Source: a virus. Taken from it: a stretch of 64,000 bases of DNA. The position numbers were made by a program, and so were the translations under genes. The stretch covers positions 1-64,000 of the IMG/VR virus record IMGVR_UViG_3300042868_010125; one strand, written 5' to 3'. Below the pieces are notes generated by a model. That model was not told the DNA's origin. It saw only the letters and a program-made list of their open reading frames with translations, and did no database searches. Shown here piece by piece: positions 29,959 to 40,203 of this stretch; position 1 is the stretch's first letter, and each line of letters begins with the position of its first letter.

Positions 29959-30189
29959 ATGAGCGATTCGATGTTTGATACATCCACAGATTCTAAAACT
30001 TATAGTGAGAATGGTGATCACGATCGTTTCGCTCACTACGTTGATAAAGAGAGTATTACCGAAGCATTAGTTAATGGATTCCCCTGTATTGCTCTCTGTG
30101 GTAAAGTTTGGATTCCTTCCAGAGATCCAGACAAATACCCCGTTTGTCCAGAATGCAAAGACATATTTGAGCAGATGGGTGATTTATGA
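29959..30189 (+). CDS. DUF3039 protein (actinobacterial)
   Basis: GDHDRFAHYV...ALCGKVWIPSRDP.KYPVCPECK. Confidence 0.85.
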   Translation: MSDSMFDTSTDSKTYSENGDHDRFAHYVDKESITEALVNGFPCIALCGKVWIPSRDPDKYPVCPECKDIFEQMGDL

Positions 30190-30413
30190 GCACAGAAACT
30201 GGCGTTGTCGATAAAGTAATAACACCTCACGATTATTGCGATCGTTGTGTTGCTAAGGCTTATTTTTTAGTTTCACTTAGCAGTGGAGATTTGTATTTTT
30301 GCGGACACCACTTCTCTAAATACGAAGATACATTAGTTGATTTAGCACTTAACATCTATGGTCACTCCGATTCAAAAGAGGAAGAAAAACCTAGACTTTT
30401 GGATACGGAATAG
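30186..30413 (+). CDS. Small Zn-binding protein (CxxC...FCxHH), paralog of 35330-35536
   Basis: DYCDRC...LYFCGHH. Confidence 0.65.
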   Translation: MSTETGVVDKVITPHDYCDRCVAKAYFLVSLSSGDLYFCGHHFSKYEDTLVDLALNIYGHSDSKEEEKPRLLDTE

Positions 30414-31017
30414 TTTTATATTTTAACTTTTTAACTAATTCTTTCTTACGTCTTTTATCACAATTAAAGTATATGTATCTATGTTTACGTGGTCTATCTA
30501 CAAAAGTAACATTCTCTGCGCCAAACTTCTCAATTACTTGAGCATTAGTTAATCCGTTTGCATATGTAGCGTGGTGCATATTTTCTTTACCTACAACCTT
30601 CGGATCTTTAAACTTTGCTGAAAGTCCTGTGTAAATAAAGTTTGCGGCCTGATAAACAACCCCTCTGTGCCCCTGGGATGTATCAGCGAATGAGACAATA
30701 ATCTGCCTATCTAATAAGCACATGGTGTTAGCAATTAAAAAACTCTCCCCGTTCTTGGCAACCTTGTCATCTACCCATAATCTATTTAACTCATAGACAT
30801 TCTTAGCCTCTTCAGGTCCACATATACCTTTTAAGAGCGTAGATGAAGGGCTGACCCCATATGTGACCACCCCAACCAACTCACCCCCAACCTTTTCAAA
30901 TAACCCATACGCATGGCTCACAGGGCACTTACGATGTAAATAATGTTTTTCAACCACAACTTCCATTGCTTGCTGATAAGTAATTTCTTTTACTTCATAA
31001 CTTTCTCTCAGCCCCAT
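30391..31017 (-). CDS. Mom-like DNA adenine modification enzyme (GNAT fold)
   Basis: HYLH, ELNRLW, ESFLI, SFAD..QGHRGVVYQAANF.YTG. Confidence 0.75.
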   Translation of the reverse strand: MGLRESYEVKEITYQQAMEVVVEKHYLHRKCPVSHAYGLFEKVGGELVGVVTYGVSPSSTLLKGICGPEEAKNVYELNRLWVDDKVAKNGESFLIANTMCLLDRQIIVSFADTSQGHRGVVYQAANFIYTGLSAKFKDPKVVGKENMHHATYANGLTNAQVIEKFGAENVTFVDRPRKHRYIYFNCDKRRKKELVKKLKYKTIPYPKV

Positions 31018-31116
31018 ACAGAAAAGCGTACCGGAAACTTCTCCATGTTCAGCGTAAACGCACAAAGACAAAGAAAAAACTTGGTGTAAAATAGAGACTT
31101 AATAAAGGAGACTGAC

Positions 31117-31242
31117 ATGCTAGTACTAGGAACAGCTTCATCAAGTTCACAGGTACCAACCACTTGGGAAAAGGTTTCACCTTCATTGCAATGGGGACAG
31201 GTGCCTTCATCGGCTACATGGTCTTCAACCGTTAAAATTTAA
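31117..31242 (+). CDS. 41-aa peptide: MPILG-like N-terminus plus Trp repeats
   Basis: AAAGGAG RBS; MLVLGTASSSSQVPTTWEKVSPSLQWGQVPSSATWSSTVKI. Confidence 0.6.
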   Translation: MLVLGTASSSSQVPTTWEKVSPSLQWGQVPSSATWSSTVKI

Positions 31243-31261
31243 CCATAAGGAATAGATAACC

Positions 31262-31966
31262 ATGGCAACAACTACCAACTTCGGCTGGTCCACGCCGGAC
31301 GATTCATCAGCCGTTAAAGATGGCGCCTCCGCCATCCGCTCCTTAGGCACAGCCATTGACACTTCTCTATTAGACCTTAAAGGTGGCACGACAGGTCAAG
31401 TCTTATCAAAGGCTACAAATACAGACATGGATTTTTCATGGACTACCTCATCTAGCGGTGGTATGACTTTATTAGCAAGTTCTATCAACACAAGCGGTAC
31501 AAACACTATTACTTTTAATAATATAAATCAAACTTATGTTGATTTGTACATATATATAAATGGACTACAAAATCTAACCACTAATATGTCTGTCACAATG
31601 TCATTAAATAATAGTCAAACTAATACTAATTATTATAGTAATCAATGGTTAAACAGTGGCGGTACATTATCAGCAGGTAATACTGGAGTAGGGCTTCCAC
31701 TACTTACTGTAGGAGGAAATATTTTAAATCCTAGTGGTAGAAATGCTTTTACAAGTGTTATTAAAGTATACAGATACGCATCAACATCATCACAATCAAC
31801 TCAGTTCTATGTTGAATCAAGAGCTAATACAATTGCCCATATTAATAATGGAGCCTTTAGTGCAAATGGTTCTGACACTCCGTCAAATACTGCAATTACT
31901 AGGATTGACTTTGTTACAACTCAGACTTTAACTGCTGGAAACTTTTTTCTATATGGAGTAAAATAA
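31262..31966 (+). CDS. Putative tail fibre / receptor-binding protein A
   Basis: Conserved MATTTNFGW.TPDD N-terminus, variable C-terminus ending LYGVK. Confidence 0.65.
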   Translation: MATTTNFGWSTPDDSSAVKDGASAIRSLGTAIDTSLLDLKGGTTGQVLSKATNTDMDFSWTTSSSGGMTLLASSINTSGTNTITFNNINQTYVDLYIYINGLQNLTTNMSVTMSLNNSQTNTNYYSNQWLNSGGTLSAGNTGVGLPLLTVGGNILNPSGRNAFTSVIKVYRYASTSSQSTQFYVESRANTIAHINNGAFSANGSDTPSNTAITRIDFVTTQTLTAGNFFLYGVK

Positions 31967-31977
31967 GGAGAATATAA

Positions 31978-32193
31978 ATGACTAGGCCAAATACACGTAT
32001 TATAAATGTAGAAACTGGAGAATTCATTCAAAGAGAAATGAATGATGAAGAATTTGCTCAATACGAGTTGCATCAAGCAGCATTAGCTACACGTATTACA
32101 GAAGAACAGGCTAAAGCTGAACAAAAACAATTGTTGCTAGACCGCCTAGGAATTACTCAAGAAGAAGCACAACTACTGTTAGGTGGTAACTAA
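31978..32193 (+). CDS. Putative fibre chaperone/partner
   Basis: NVETGE...LLDRLGITQEEA; paralog of 32912-33145. Confidence 0.55.
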   Translation: MTRPNTRIINVETGEFIQREMNDEEFAQYELHQAALATRITEEQAKAEQKQLLLDRLGITQEEAQLLLGGN

Positions 32194-32195
32194 TA

Positions 32196-32906
32196 ATGGC
32201 AACGACCAGTAATTTTGGGTGGACAACACCGGATGATTCATCAGCCGTTAAGGACGGAGCAGCGGCGATACGTTCACTGGGAACCGCCATTGATACTTCT
32301 TTATTAGATCTCAAGGGTGGCACAACAGGCCAGACACTAACTAAGGCAACTAACACTGACATGGATTTTGCGTGGGCTACTCCTTCTTCTGCTCCTTTTT
32401 CTCTTATTGCATCAACAACAGTAACATCAGGTGCAATAACATTTTCAAGCATTCCAACACATAAGTCGTTACGTGCTGTAATTTACGGAACAGCAAGTGC
32501 TCAACAACCTGGTCTTGGAGTTACATTTAACGGAATTACTGCTGCTTCTTACATAACTCTTCTTCTTGGATATAATGCATCAAGTCCTTTTGTTCTTTTA
32601 CAAAACCCTGCTGGCGGAGCATTACACACCCAACCAAATAGTTTTTGGTACGTAAATAGATTCCTTGGAAGTGGAGCAGTTTTTAATGCCATAGTAGATT
32701 TTCCAAGTTCAGGTATGGTTAAAACACAAAAAGCCATGATGGGTTGGTCAAACTATGATGGAAATGCTGGTGTAACAACACCTACCTGGTCAACTGGAAC
32801 GCATACACTAGGAAGTGCTGCAGCAATAACCTCGCTAACTTTCTTTCCTGCTGGTGCTGCAGGCTCTGGCAACTCTTCAACTATTGATCTTTACGCTTAC
32901 CTATAG
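32196..32906 (+). CDS. Putative tail fibre / receptor-binding protein B
   Basis: 54/60 aa identical N-terminus to 31262; divergent C-terminus. Confidence 0.65.
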   Translation: MATTSNFGWTTPDDSSAVKDGAAAIRSLGTAIDTSLLDLKGGTTGQTLTKATNTDMDFAWATPSSAPFSLIASTTVTSGAITFSSIPTHKSLRAVIYGTASAQQPGLGVTFNGITAASYITLLLGYNASSPFVLLQNPAGGALHTQPNSFWYVNRFLGSGAVFNAIVDFPSSGMVKTQKAMMGWSNYDGNAGVTTPTWSTGTHTLGSAAAITSLTFFPAGAAGSGNSSTIDLYAYL

Positions 32907-32911
32907 GAGAT

Positions 32912-33145
32912 ATGATGACTGATATAGTAGAAACTATTTATAACTGCGAGACAGGCGAAGTAACATACGTAACCACTAACCCAGAGTCTGCATCAATTGC
33001 AGCAATACATCAGGCTTCACTTGAAGAAGCACAAGAACGTATTGCTCAAGAAGAAGCTGCAAAAGCAGAAATTAAGGCTTCAGCAACAGCAAAACTTGCA
33101 GCTCTTGGTTTAACAGCCGAGGAAATTGCTGCGTTAAGCAAGTAA
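32912..33145 (+). CDS. Putative fibre chaperone/partner
   Basis: NCETGE...KLAALGLTAEEI. Confidence 0.55.
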   Translation: MMTDIVETIYNCETGEVTYVTTNPESASIAAIHQASLEEAQERIAQEEAAKAEIKASATAKLAALGLTAEEIAALSK

Positions 33146-33175
33146 GTAATTTAGAGATAAACAACAGGAGATAAC

Positions 33176-34810
33176 ATGCCAATTCTCGGATCCGTCTCTG
33201 GCGGAGGTGGAAAGCCAGGAGCACCGACGATTGGCGCTGTCGCAGCAGCTGGGTCCACCAGTGCGACCGTGGCATTCACCGCTCCTTCATACACAGGCAA
33301 AGGTGGCACAGTTACCTATGTTGCAACATCATCTCCTGGTGGAATAACTGGTTCTAACACAACGTCTCCGATTACCGTAACTGGGTTAACTACTGGAACC
33401 GCGTATACATTTACAGTTAGCGCTACAACATCCTACGGAGTTAGTTCAAGCGCTTCTTCTGCGTCAAGTTCTGTGTCACCAGTTGGTTACTATGCTGCTG
33501 CTATATACGGAAGTTCCGAGGAGGAACAGACAGGTTATGTAACATCAGATTCTTCTGGTAATTCTTATATTGGATACAGCAGTTATACTAACGTTGGTGC
33601 TGTAATGGGTATTGGTATAGCAAAATATAATTCTTCAGGAACACTGCAATGGCAGAAAAAACTTACTAATTCTGGTGTCCTCAAATATTATGATGTACAA
33701 CAAATAGCAGTTTCATCAACTGGTGATGTTTATATTACTGGTCTTGCCTCAACAATTACTCCAGGAACACCTGGCGATAAAGGTTATGTTACAAAACTTA
33801 ATTCTTCTGGAGTAATGCAGTGGACAAGAACAATTGTTGGAAGTCCTGGAAACTCATCATCTATAATTGGGTTAGCAGTTGACGCTTCAAATAACGTTTA
33901 TGCTGCTGGTTCATACTACGATGGCTCTTTTAATAGACTAACGTTATATAAAATAGACTCTTCAGGAACAACGTTAGCAAAACAAGGTTACACAACATCG
34001 TGGTTTATAAACCCAAATAGACTATTTATAGATAGTTCTGGAAGTATTCTTGTTGCTGGACGTGGTAATAATGGTAATCCTATGAGAGGTTTTCTTGCAA
34101 AAATATCTGCTGATTTAACAACTATCTCTTGGTCAAACCTTAGAAGTGACCCAGGAGGAAGTTACTTTGAGTACTATGGGGTATGGGCTGATTCATCAAA
34201 CAACGTGTATGTTGCTGGACAAGGCGGTGGAGGTCTTTCTTACATTGCAAAGTTTAATTCTTCAGGAACACTACAGTGGGAAAAACTAGTTGATGCTTTA
34301 GGTTCTGCAAATGCTAATAGTGACTATCCATACGGCGGTATTTACGGCGATTCTTCAGGAAATATTTATATATCAGGTACAAATACTACAGTTAATGCAT
34401 CAAAGGGTGTTAGCCAACAATTAGCAGGTTTTGTAACAAAGTATAATTCTTCTGGCACTAATCAGTGGACTCGTAGAATTTCTTCATCGGTATCAGGAAG
34501 TGTTTCAAATTACGGTATTGCAATTGATTCAACAGGTCGTATACTTGTAGGAAGTTGGCAAAATCAACTTTCTGGTGGAACAAGTTATGATACTTTACTT
34601 TTTGCTCTTCCAACAGACGGAACAAAAACAGGCTCAATTACAGTAGGTGGTCGTGGATTTAATTATGCATCTGCAACTTCAACAGAAACGTCAATAACAA
34701 CTAATACCACTACACCAACTTTAACTGCAGACGCAGGTTCACCAACTATGACTACTGAAACATTTACTGCTTCAAATGGTGCGGGTTCTGCAGAAACTAT
34801 AACCCTCTAA
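33176..34810 (+). CDS. Virion protein: MPILG N-terminus, FnIII domain, beta-propeller repeats
   Basis: TGLTTGTAYTFTV (FnIII); repeated KYNSSGTLQW and DSSxNVYVAG. Confidence 0.75.
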   Translation: MPILGSVSGGGGKPGAPTIGAVAAAGSTSATVAFTAPSYTGKGGTVTYVATSSPGGITGSNTTSPITVTGLTTGTAYTFTVSATTSYGVSSSASSASSSVSPVGYYAAAIYGSSEEEQTGYVTSDSSGNSYIGYSSYTNVGAVMGIGIAKYNSSGTLQWQKKLTNSGVLKYYDVQQIAVSSTGDVYITGLASTITPGTPGDKGYVTKLNSSGVMQWTRTIVGSPGNSSSIIGLAVDASNNVYAAGSYYDGSFNRLTLYKIDSSGTTLAKQGYTTSWFINPNRLFIDSSGSILVAGRGNNGNPMRGFLAKISADLTTISWSNLRSDPGGSYFEYYGVWADSSNNVYVAGQGGGGLSYIAKFNSSGTLQWEKLVDALGSANANSDYPYGGIYGDSSGNIYISGTNTTVNASKGVSQQLAGFVTKYNSSGTNQWTRRISSSVSGSVSNYGIAIDSTGRILVGSWQNQLSGGTSYDTLLFALPTDGTKTGSITVGGRGFNYASATSTETSITTNTTTPTLTADAGSPTMTTETFTASNGAGSAETITL

Positions 34811-34814
34811 TAAA

Positions 34815-35288
34815 ATGACTAAACAGTGCGGAACATGCACTAAATGCTGTGAAGGTTATATTCCTGGTAGTATTAACGGTATAAAAATTTTTGCAGGAAA
34901 TCCTTGTTCTTATATTAAGGATAGTTGTTGTAGTATTTATTTGAATAAACCAAACAACTGTACTGTTTACAAATGTGAATGGCTTACTAATAACGATATT
35001 CCAGAATTCATGAAACCAACATCTATAGGATTTATCCTAGACTCTCAGGAAACTAGTTTTAGAATAATTGAAAATATACGAAAAAAGTTCAAATATCTTA
35101 GAGTTACACAATGTGAGCCAAGATTTAATAATTCTTCTTTTGAAAATATACTAGAGTACGTTACTATTAACAAATTTAATGCTGTATGGAAAAAAGACAA
35201 CCAATTAAACTGGGCAGGCTCGGAAGAGTTTTGTAATGCCCTAAACTACACATTTAAAGTTAAAGAATTAAATTTAGAATTATGGTAA
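34815..35288 (+). CDS. YkgJ-like CxxCxxCC Fe/Zn protein
   Basis: CGTCTKCC...C.IY...C..YKCEWL. Confidence 0.7.
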   Translation: MTKQCGTCTKCCEGYIPGSINGIKIFAGNPCSYIKDSCCSIYLNKPNNCTVYKCEWLTNNDIPEFMKPTSIGFILDSQETSFRIIENIRKKFKYLRVTQCEPRFNNSSFENILEYVTINKFNAVWKKDNQLNWAGSEEFCNALNYTFKVKELNLELW

Positions 35289-35620
35289 CAACTACATTAT
35301 TTTAGTAAAAACTAAAGCGAGCAAAACGCTTACTCAGGCTTAGGCGGCAAAATATCTAAACGGTCATAGACCGCCGTTGCTGCCTCCCAAATTGTGTCAC
35401 TGTGAACGAAGGCATGGATATCGCATAAAAAGATAATCTTGTTCTGTATCTCAGCCTTGACCGCTGCAAGAGACGGGCACATGTCGCAGTAATCGGTAGA
35501 AATTATCGGTGAGATAAGCCCATACGTCATTGCCATTACTCTATTTTATACCTATTACCTAACCCCTATAACTGCCCTCGAGCGCGAAAAAAGACTTTTT
35601 GCTCTCTAGGGTGATACTGT

Positions 35621-36100
35621 TTGAATATGAAGAACAAAAAAGTAAGCGACATAATTACTGACACATCTTTGCGCAACAAAGGTTATATGACCTCCGATGA
35701 GTTTGTAGACAGACTTGTTCCTGGACTTAAAGAGTATCTGCAAAGAAATTGGGGAGTTCAGAACAAAAACGAACTTCATAGTCCAGAAGACCTTATTTCA
35801 AATGCGACTGTTTACATGGAAGTTGCCTATCATGTTATTGTTGATTTTGGTGTTGTTCCACAAAAAGAAAGAGAATAAGTAGACACAATGACACACACAG
35901 AATTATTAGAAAGCATTAGCACTAAAGAAACCTTTCCAATTGAATATAGAAAGACTCTTCAAGAAATAGCAGAACTACACACCTACGTCCTCACAGGTAA
36001 AAAGATGCGAGGAAAATCAGGACTAAGCAAAAGATGTACGGAGTGCGGTTTTGCCTACCCTTGCTCAACAATTCAAATCATAGAAAAAGAAATTAAATGA
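35621..36100 (+). CDS. Two hypothetical genes (35621-35878, 35888-36100)
   Basis: ORF track; second has CxxC..YPC. Confidence 0.55.
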
Positions 36101-36281
36101 CAGAGTGCACAGTCTGCGACCCTAACGCAAAGACCCCCTGCAAACTTGCAAGCACCACCTGTCCCTACCGAGACATCAACACCCTCAACTAACCTCCCCC
36201 CAAATTTATTCTTTGCCTCTTCTTCCGTTTACGGACAGAGAGCGCGAAAAAACGCATTTTTTGTTATTTAGTTATATAGTT

Positions 36282-37169
36282 ATGCCTATGACTCAAGCAA
36301 GTAACTCGGTAAATCTTGAATTTATCGACAAAAAACTAGGTTTTTTATTATATAAATGTAAAACTTGCGGGGTAGAAAAACCTCATACAAAAGAGTATTT
36401 TTATTTATATAACTCATCAAAAGTAAAAAATTCTTTTATAAGACTTCACTGCAAAGTTTGCGATAAAGCAAAGGCAAATTATAGTCGTAATATTCGTCAA
36501 ACAATTGCCAGAGTAGATAAATACGAAAAAAGACTCATTGCCACTATACAATTATCTGTTGCTATAGAAACTAATAATCTAAAAAAGTACAATAAAAAAC
36601 TAACAGTAGAGCAGAAAAAACAACTGCATAAATATCTAAAAAATCAACATATAGAGGCTTTACAAGAAAATAAAAAATTTGATAAAAATGCAAAAAAAGA
36701 AAAAAATAGAATAAATAGAAATCTTAGAAGAAGAGAGTACGAGAAACAGCGTCGTTTAAATGGTTATCGTAAGTTGCTAACTCCAGAGCAAAAAGAAAAG
36801 AAAAGACTTCAAAATAAAAAATGGCGTGAAGAAAACCCTGAACATGCAAAATTTCTTGCAAAAGAATGGAATAGAAAAAACCCTGGAGCAGCCTCCCGCG
36901 CAGTCATGAGACAAAGAGCAAAGAAACGATCCAATGGCTATGAAAAATATAATGAAAAAGATGTCATAGAAATGTACGGAATTGTTTGTTATTTATGCAA
37001 TAAAGAGATTGATATCACTCTTTCAAGAAAAGTTGGCTCGGAGCGTTGGCGAGAAAGTCTTCAAATTGACCATGTAATTCCAGTATCTAAGGGGGGACCT
37101 GATTTTTTAAGTAATGTTAGACCTACCCATGCTTTATGTAATAATTTAAAAAACGATAAAATTATATAA
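36282..37169 (+). CDS. HNH endonuclease
   Basis: CYLC...IDHVIPVSKGG...NVRPTHALCN; start moved downstream of the repeat element. Confidence 0.85.
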   Translation: MPMTQASNSVNLEFIDKKLGFLLYKCKTCGVEKPHTKEYFYLYNSSKVKNSFIRLHCKVCDKAKANYSRNIRQTIARVDKYEKRLIATIQLSVAIETNNLKKYNKKLTVEQKKQLHKYLKNQHIEALQENKKFDKNAKKEKNRINRNLRRREYEKQRRLNGYRKLLTPEQKEKKRLQNKKWREENPEHAKFLAKEWNRKNPGAASRAVMRQRAKKRSNGYEKYNEKDVIEMYGIVCYLCNKEIDITLSRKVGSERWRESLQIDHVIPVSKGGPDFLSNVRPTHALCNNLKNDKII

Positions 37170-37310
37170 ATTATGTCTAACAACCACCCTTCCCCCCTCT
37201 CCCCCCCCCCTTTTTTTTCTCTTCCGATTCCTCTTACGGAAAGGGAGCGCGAAAAAACGCATTTCTCTGCTACTCTTCAATCAATAACTCCTACGAAGGA
37301 AGAATCTACT

Positions 37311-37511
37311 ATGGCAAAGCAAGACATTAAGACAAAAGAAAAAGACTCAACTAAGTGCTACACATATGCAGTAACTATGATTATTCAAGTCATTGCAGAG
37401 AGTGAACAATCCGCTAAAGATAAGTTAGATAAAGAAGGCGGATACGTAACAAATAGAGTGATTAATCTTGTTGATAGTGTCTCTTTGTATAGTGGAGAGT
37501 CTAAAGAGTAA
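37311..37511 (+). CDS. Hypothetical protein
   Basis: AAGGAAG RBS before MAKQD. Confidence 0.55.
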   Translation: MAKQDIKTKEKDSTKCYTYAVTMIIQVIAESEQSAKDKLDKEGGYVTNRVINLVDSVSLYSGESKE

Positions 37512-37771
37512 TAGGCTTTAAGAGTTAGTAATTCTTTGAATTAGCCACATCACTACTGAAATCATCAAGGCTCTTAGTAATATTCTTGCAAGGGTAGGAC
37601 CTGCCCCATCTTCATACAGCCTATCTTTTTTGCCCATGCAGGTAGGGTACAAACACGAATAGCCTTTGTCAAACGCTTAAAAAGTCAGGAAGATAGCTCA
37701 GTTTGCACTTTTTGTAAAGCCCCTGATACCCTTTGCCTCTAATAACAAAAGAGAGAGAAAAGGTAGTACAT

Positions 37772-38356
37772 ATGAAGACGCCCCAAGGATATACAAAGAC
37801 GAATGCAAAATTGCCTGAAGAGGTATATGAAAATTTTAAAAAGATTGCATCTGACTTAGAACTTCGTAATGCTTACATTAAAGAGTTAAGAGCAGCGTCT
37901 TGGAGTCTTCAAAGTATTGCAGATGCAGCAGGCATCTCTAGTAGAGAACGAGTTCGTCAAATTATTGAAGGACGCTATAAACATTTAAGTTCTTCTAAAG
38001 TATCTACTGACTTCTCTGTTCCTGCACTGCCTTTAAAAGAGGTTAAGCAACCAAGAGTTATTACCGAGCCTTCAGAACAAACTCTCTCTAAGTTATTAGA
38101 ACTCAAGCCTAGTGCTCAAAAGGTACGCTCACACTCTCCTAATTTTAGAAAAGAAGCAGAGCAGTACACCGAGTTAATTAACCATGCCATTACCGTTGAA
38201 GGAGTAAGTGTCCGACACTTAGGTAAGCGCTTAGGTGTCTCTCCAAGTGCTCTTCGTTTTCGTATGGCTAGATATGGTTACATTACTAGTCATGATGGAA
38301 AGAGTATTTGCTACAAACCAATCTTAGATAAAAACAGATACGTCTTGCAGTCTTGA
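37772..38356 (+). CDS. Tandem HTH DNA-binding protein
   Basis: WSLQSIADAAGISSRERVRQ and VSVRHLGKRLGVSPSALR. Confidence 0.7.
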   Translation: MKTPQGYTKTNAKLPEEVYENFKKIASDLELRNAYIKELRAASWSLQSIADAAGISSRERVRQIIEGRYKHLSSSKVSTDFSVPALPLKEVKQPRVITEPSEQTLSKLLELKPSAQKVRSHSPNFRKEAEQYTELINHAITVEGVSVRHLGKRLGVSPSALRFRMARYGYITSHDGKSICYKPILDKNRYVLQS

Positions 38357-38634
38357 TACAAGAAGATGTAATTGTTTTTCATCCTCATCGCTCAGACGGG
38401 TTTAGGATTCAAGGGCAAACAATAAATACGCTGACCAGTTTTATGGGAACAGGTGGGCTCAACATGTCCATGGTTGCCACAGAAAATATTCGAAGAATCA
38501 CCCCTGAAGAGTGCGAAACTCTGCAGGGGTTTCCTTTAGGATGGACTAGTACCCAAGCAGATACGCACAGGTACAAACAACTAGGTAATGCTGTAACTGT
38601 CAATGTTGCAACATGGTTAGGTAATCGAATATGA
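38353..38634 (+). CDS. C5-cytosine MTase C-terminal module 1 (motifs IX-X)
   Basis: RRITPEECETLQGFP...RYKQLGNAV. Confidence 0.75.
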   Translation: MIQEDVIVFHPHRSDGFRIQGQTINTLTSFMGTGGLNMSMVATENIRRITPEECETLQGFPLGWTSTQADTHRYKQLGNAVTVNVATWLGNRI

Positions 38635-39359
38635 GCACATTCGTTTCTTTATTCGCTGGCGTTGGTGGTTTCGATCTTGGCTTTGAAAAAGCAGGGCACA
38701 CTTGTGTTGGTCAAGTAGAGATAGATAAAAATGCTCAGAAGATATTAAAAAAACATTGGCCTGACATTCCATTACATGATGATGTTAAGACAGCAATAGA
38801 GTGGGCAAAGGAGAGTGATTTAATTGGAAAAGTTGACATCGTCTGCGGAGGATTCCCTTGCCAAGACGTCAGCGTCGCTGGAAAGCGTGCTGGTATCGCT
38901 GGGGCAAGAAGTGGACTCTTCTGGGACGCAATACGATTTGCGCAGGAAGTCAAAGCACACACTATCGTCTTGGAAAATGTGCCAGGACTTTTATCAAGCA
39001 ACGAAGGACGCGATTTTGGAGTCGTCATCTCTGAAATGGCCAACGCAGGGTATAGCCACATCGAATGGCGAGTTTTGGATTCGCAATTCTTCGGAGTCCC
39101 CCAACGTCGTCGTCGAGTCTTCATTGTTGGAAGTGTTGGAGACAGAAGTAAATCCCCGATACTTATTGAGTCCGAAAGCCTGCGAGGGGATAATGCGCCG
39201 AGCAACTCGTCGCGGAAAAACTCTTCCACCAGCGCTGGAAAAAGCACTGTTGCAAGGATGCGAGGGTTCGGAGACTACGAAGTAGATACTGTTGCATCCA
39301 CTTTGAAGGCGAGGGACTATAAAGATGTCACAGACATCGTGGTTCGTCAAAGTAATTAG
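38631..39359 (+). CDS. dcm: C5-cytosine MTase catalytic part (motifs I-VIII)
   Basis: SLFAGVGG, GGFPCQ, ENV, PQRRRRVF. Confidence 0.9.
   Translation: MSTFVSLFAGVGGFDLGFEKAGHTCVGQVEIDKNAQKILKKHWPDIPLHDDVKTAIEWAKESDLIGKVDIVCGGFPCQDVSVAGKRAGIAGARSGLFWDAIRFAQEVKAHTIVLENVPGLLSSNEGRDFGVVISEMANAGYSHIEWRVLDSQFFGVPQRRRRVFIVGSVGDRSKSPILIESESLRGDNAPSNSSRKNSSTSAGKSTVARMRGFGDYEVDTVASTLKARDYKDVTDIVVRQSN
38824..39285 (+). CDS. Nested alternative-frame ORF inside dcm
   Basis: 153 codons open; C-terminal LLEVLE..V..RYLLSPKACEGIMRRA.RRGK.LP..LEKAL. Confidence 0.5.
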   Translation: MEKLTSSAEDSLAKTSASLESVLVSLGQEVDSSGTQYDLRRKSKHTLSSWKMCQDFYQATKDAILESSSLKWPTQGIATSNGEFWIRNSSESPNVVVESSLLEVLETEVNPRYLLSPKACEGIMRRATRRGKTLPPALEKALLQGCEGSETTK

Positions 39360-39873
39360 AAGTGGTGCAAGATATGAAGATGGAACACTTCCGCCAGAAG
39401 TATGGCGCGAGAGAGTTATTTGTCCTACTTTGAATGCTTTTGATAATAGTGGAGACTCCAGAGCAGTAGTAACAATTGTTCACTCTATTCAAAATACTGT
39501 AATTGGTAGAGCAGATACCGCTGGTCCTCAAGGGAAAGGGTATGGAGAAGTGACTGACCCAATGTTTACTGTAGACACATCTTCTCCTCACGCTGTATCA
39601 GTTACACCTATTCAAGATGCAAGAGAAATTGATAAAAAACAAAATGGATTAGGAATAGCAGAGGCTGGCGCTCCTGCATATACCGTTGACACAATCTCAC
39701 ATCAGGCAGTTAATTTTTCAACAATAGTAAGAAGACTCACTCCTAGAGAGTGCGAGAGACTACAAGGTTTTCCAGATGACTGGACTGGCGATCAATCAGA
39801 CTCTGCTAGATATAAACAAATGGGAAATGCAGTTACAGCAAATGTCGTTGAGTGGATAGGGAGAAGATTATGA
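39325..39873 (+). CDS. C5-cytosine MTase C-terminal module 2 (TRD-like repeats, motifs IX-X)
   Basis: RRLTPRECERLQGFPD...RYKQMGNAV. Confidence 0.8.
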   Translation: MSQTSWFVKVIRSGARYEDGTLPPEVWRERVICPTLNAFDNSGDSRAVVTIVHSIQNTVIGRADTAGPQGKGYGEVTDPMFTVDTSSPHAVSVTPIQDAREIDKKQNGLGIAEAGAPAYTVDTISHQAVNFSTIVRRLTPRECERLQGFPDDWTGDQSDSARYKQMGNAVTANVVEWIGRRL

Positions 39874-40034
39874 ATAAATTAGAGCCTAAATACGGCTGGG
39901 GATGCAAAGATAATCACGTAGACAAACAAGCGTTGGCTACTCAGATAGAGCAATTAGAAATTGATATCTCTTTGAGCCCTACTGAAGTCCTTGCTTATGT
40001 TGCCAAACTTGTAAAAAGACTATAGTATTCTTTT

Positions 40035-40203
40035 TACCGATAGGGGTTGCGATGAGCCCCGTACTTTAGCAAAAGACTAAAGACGCTGGAAACCTATAAC
40101 AATGGGCAAGGATATACGTGGGATGCGAGCTATAGCCCATGATTGGACAAGAGGGGAGCCTAACTTACGGTTAGGCTATAAGAAACCCACCTGCGTATAT
40201 CCG
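40035..40203 (+). ncRNA. Candidate structured non-coding RNA, class unknown
   Basis: Nested stems ATAGG/CCTAT, CTTTAG/CTAAAG, GGATATACG/CGTATATCC, GTGGG/CCCAC, AGCCTAAC/GTTAGGCT; TATAGT upstream. Confidence 0.5.

Noticed and set aside
31262-32906. Diversity-generating retroelement acting on the fibre paralogs
   Set aside because: No reverse transcriptase in the window and no adenine-specific TR/VR pair; differences are synonymous and involve all bases.
36213-37310. Shared peptide REREKTHF at the N-termini of two ORFs
   Set aside because: It is only the translation of the non-coding repeat element; true starts are likely near 36282 and at 37311.
40035-40203. Hammerhead or twister ribozyme
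   Set aside because: CGATGA...GAAA and AGCCC...GAGGG are suggestive, but the required CUGANGA core with stem III-UH, or the twister pseudoknots, could not be built.
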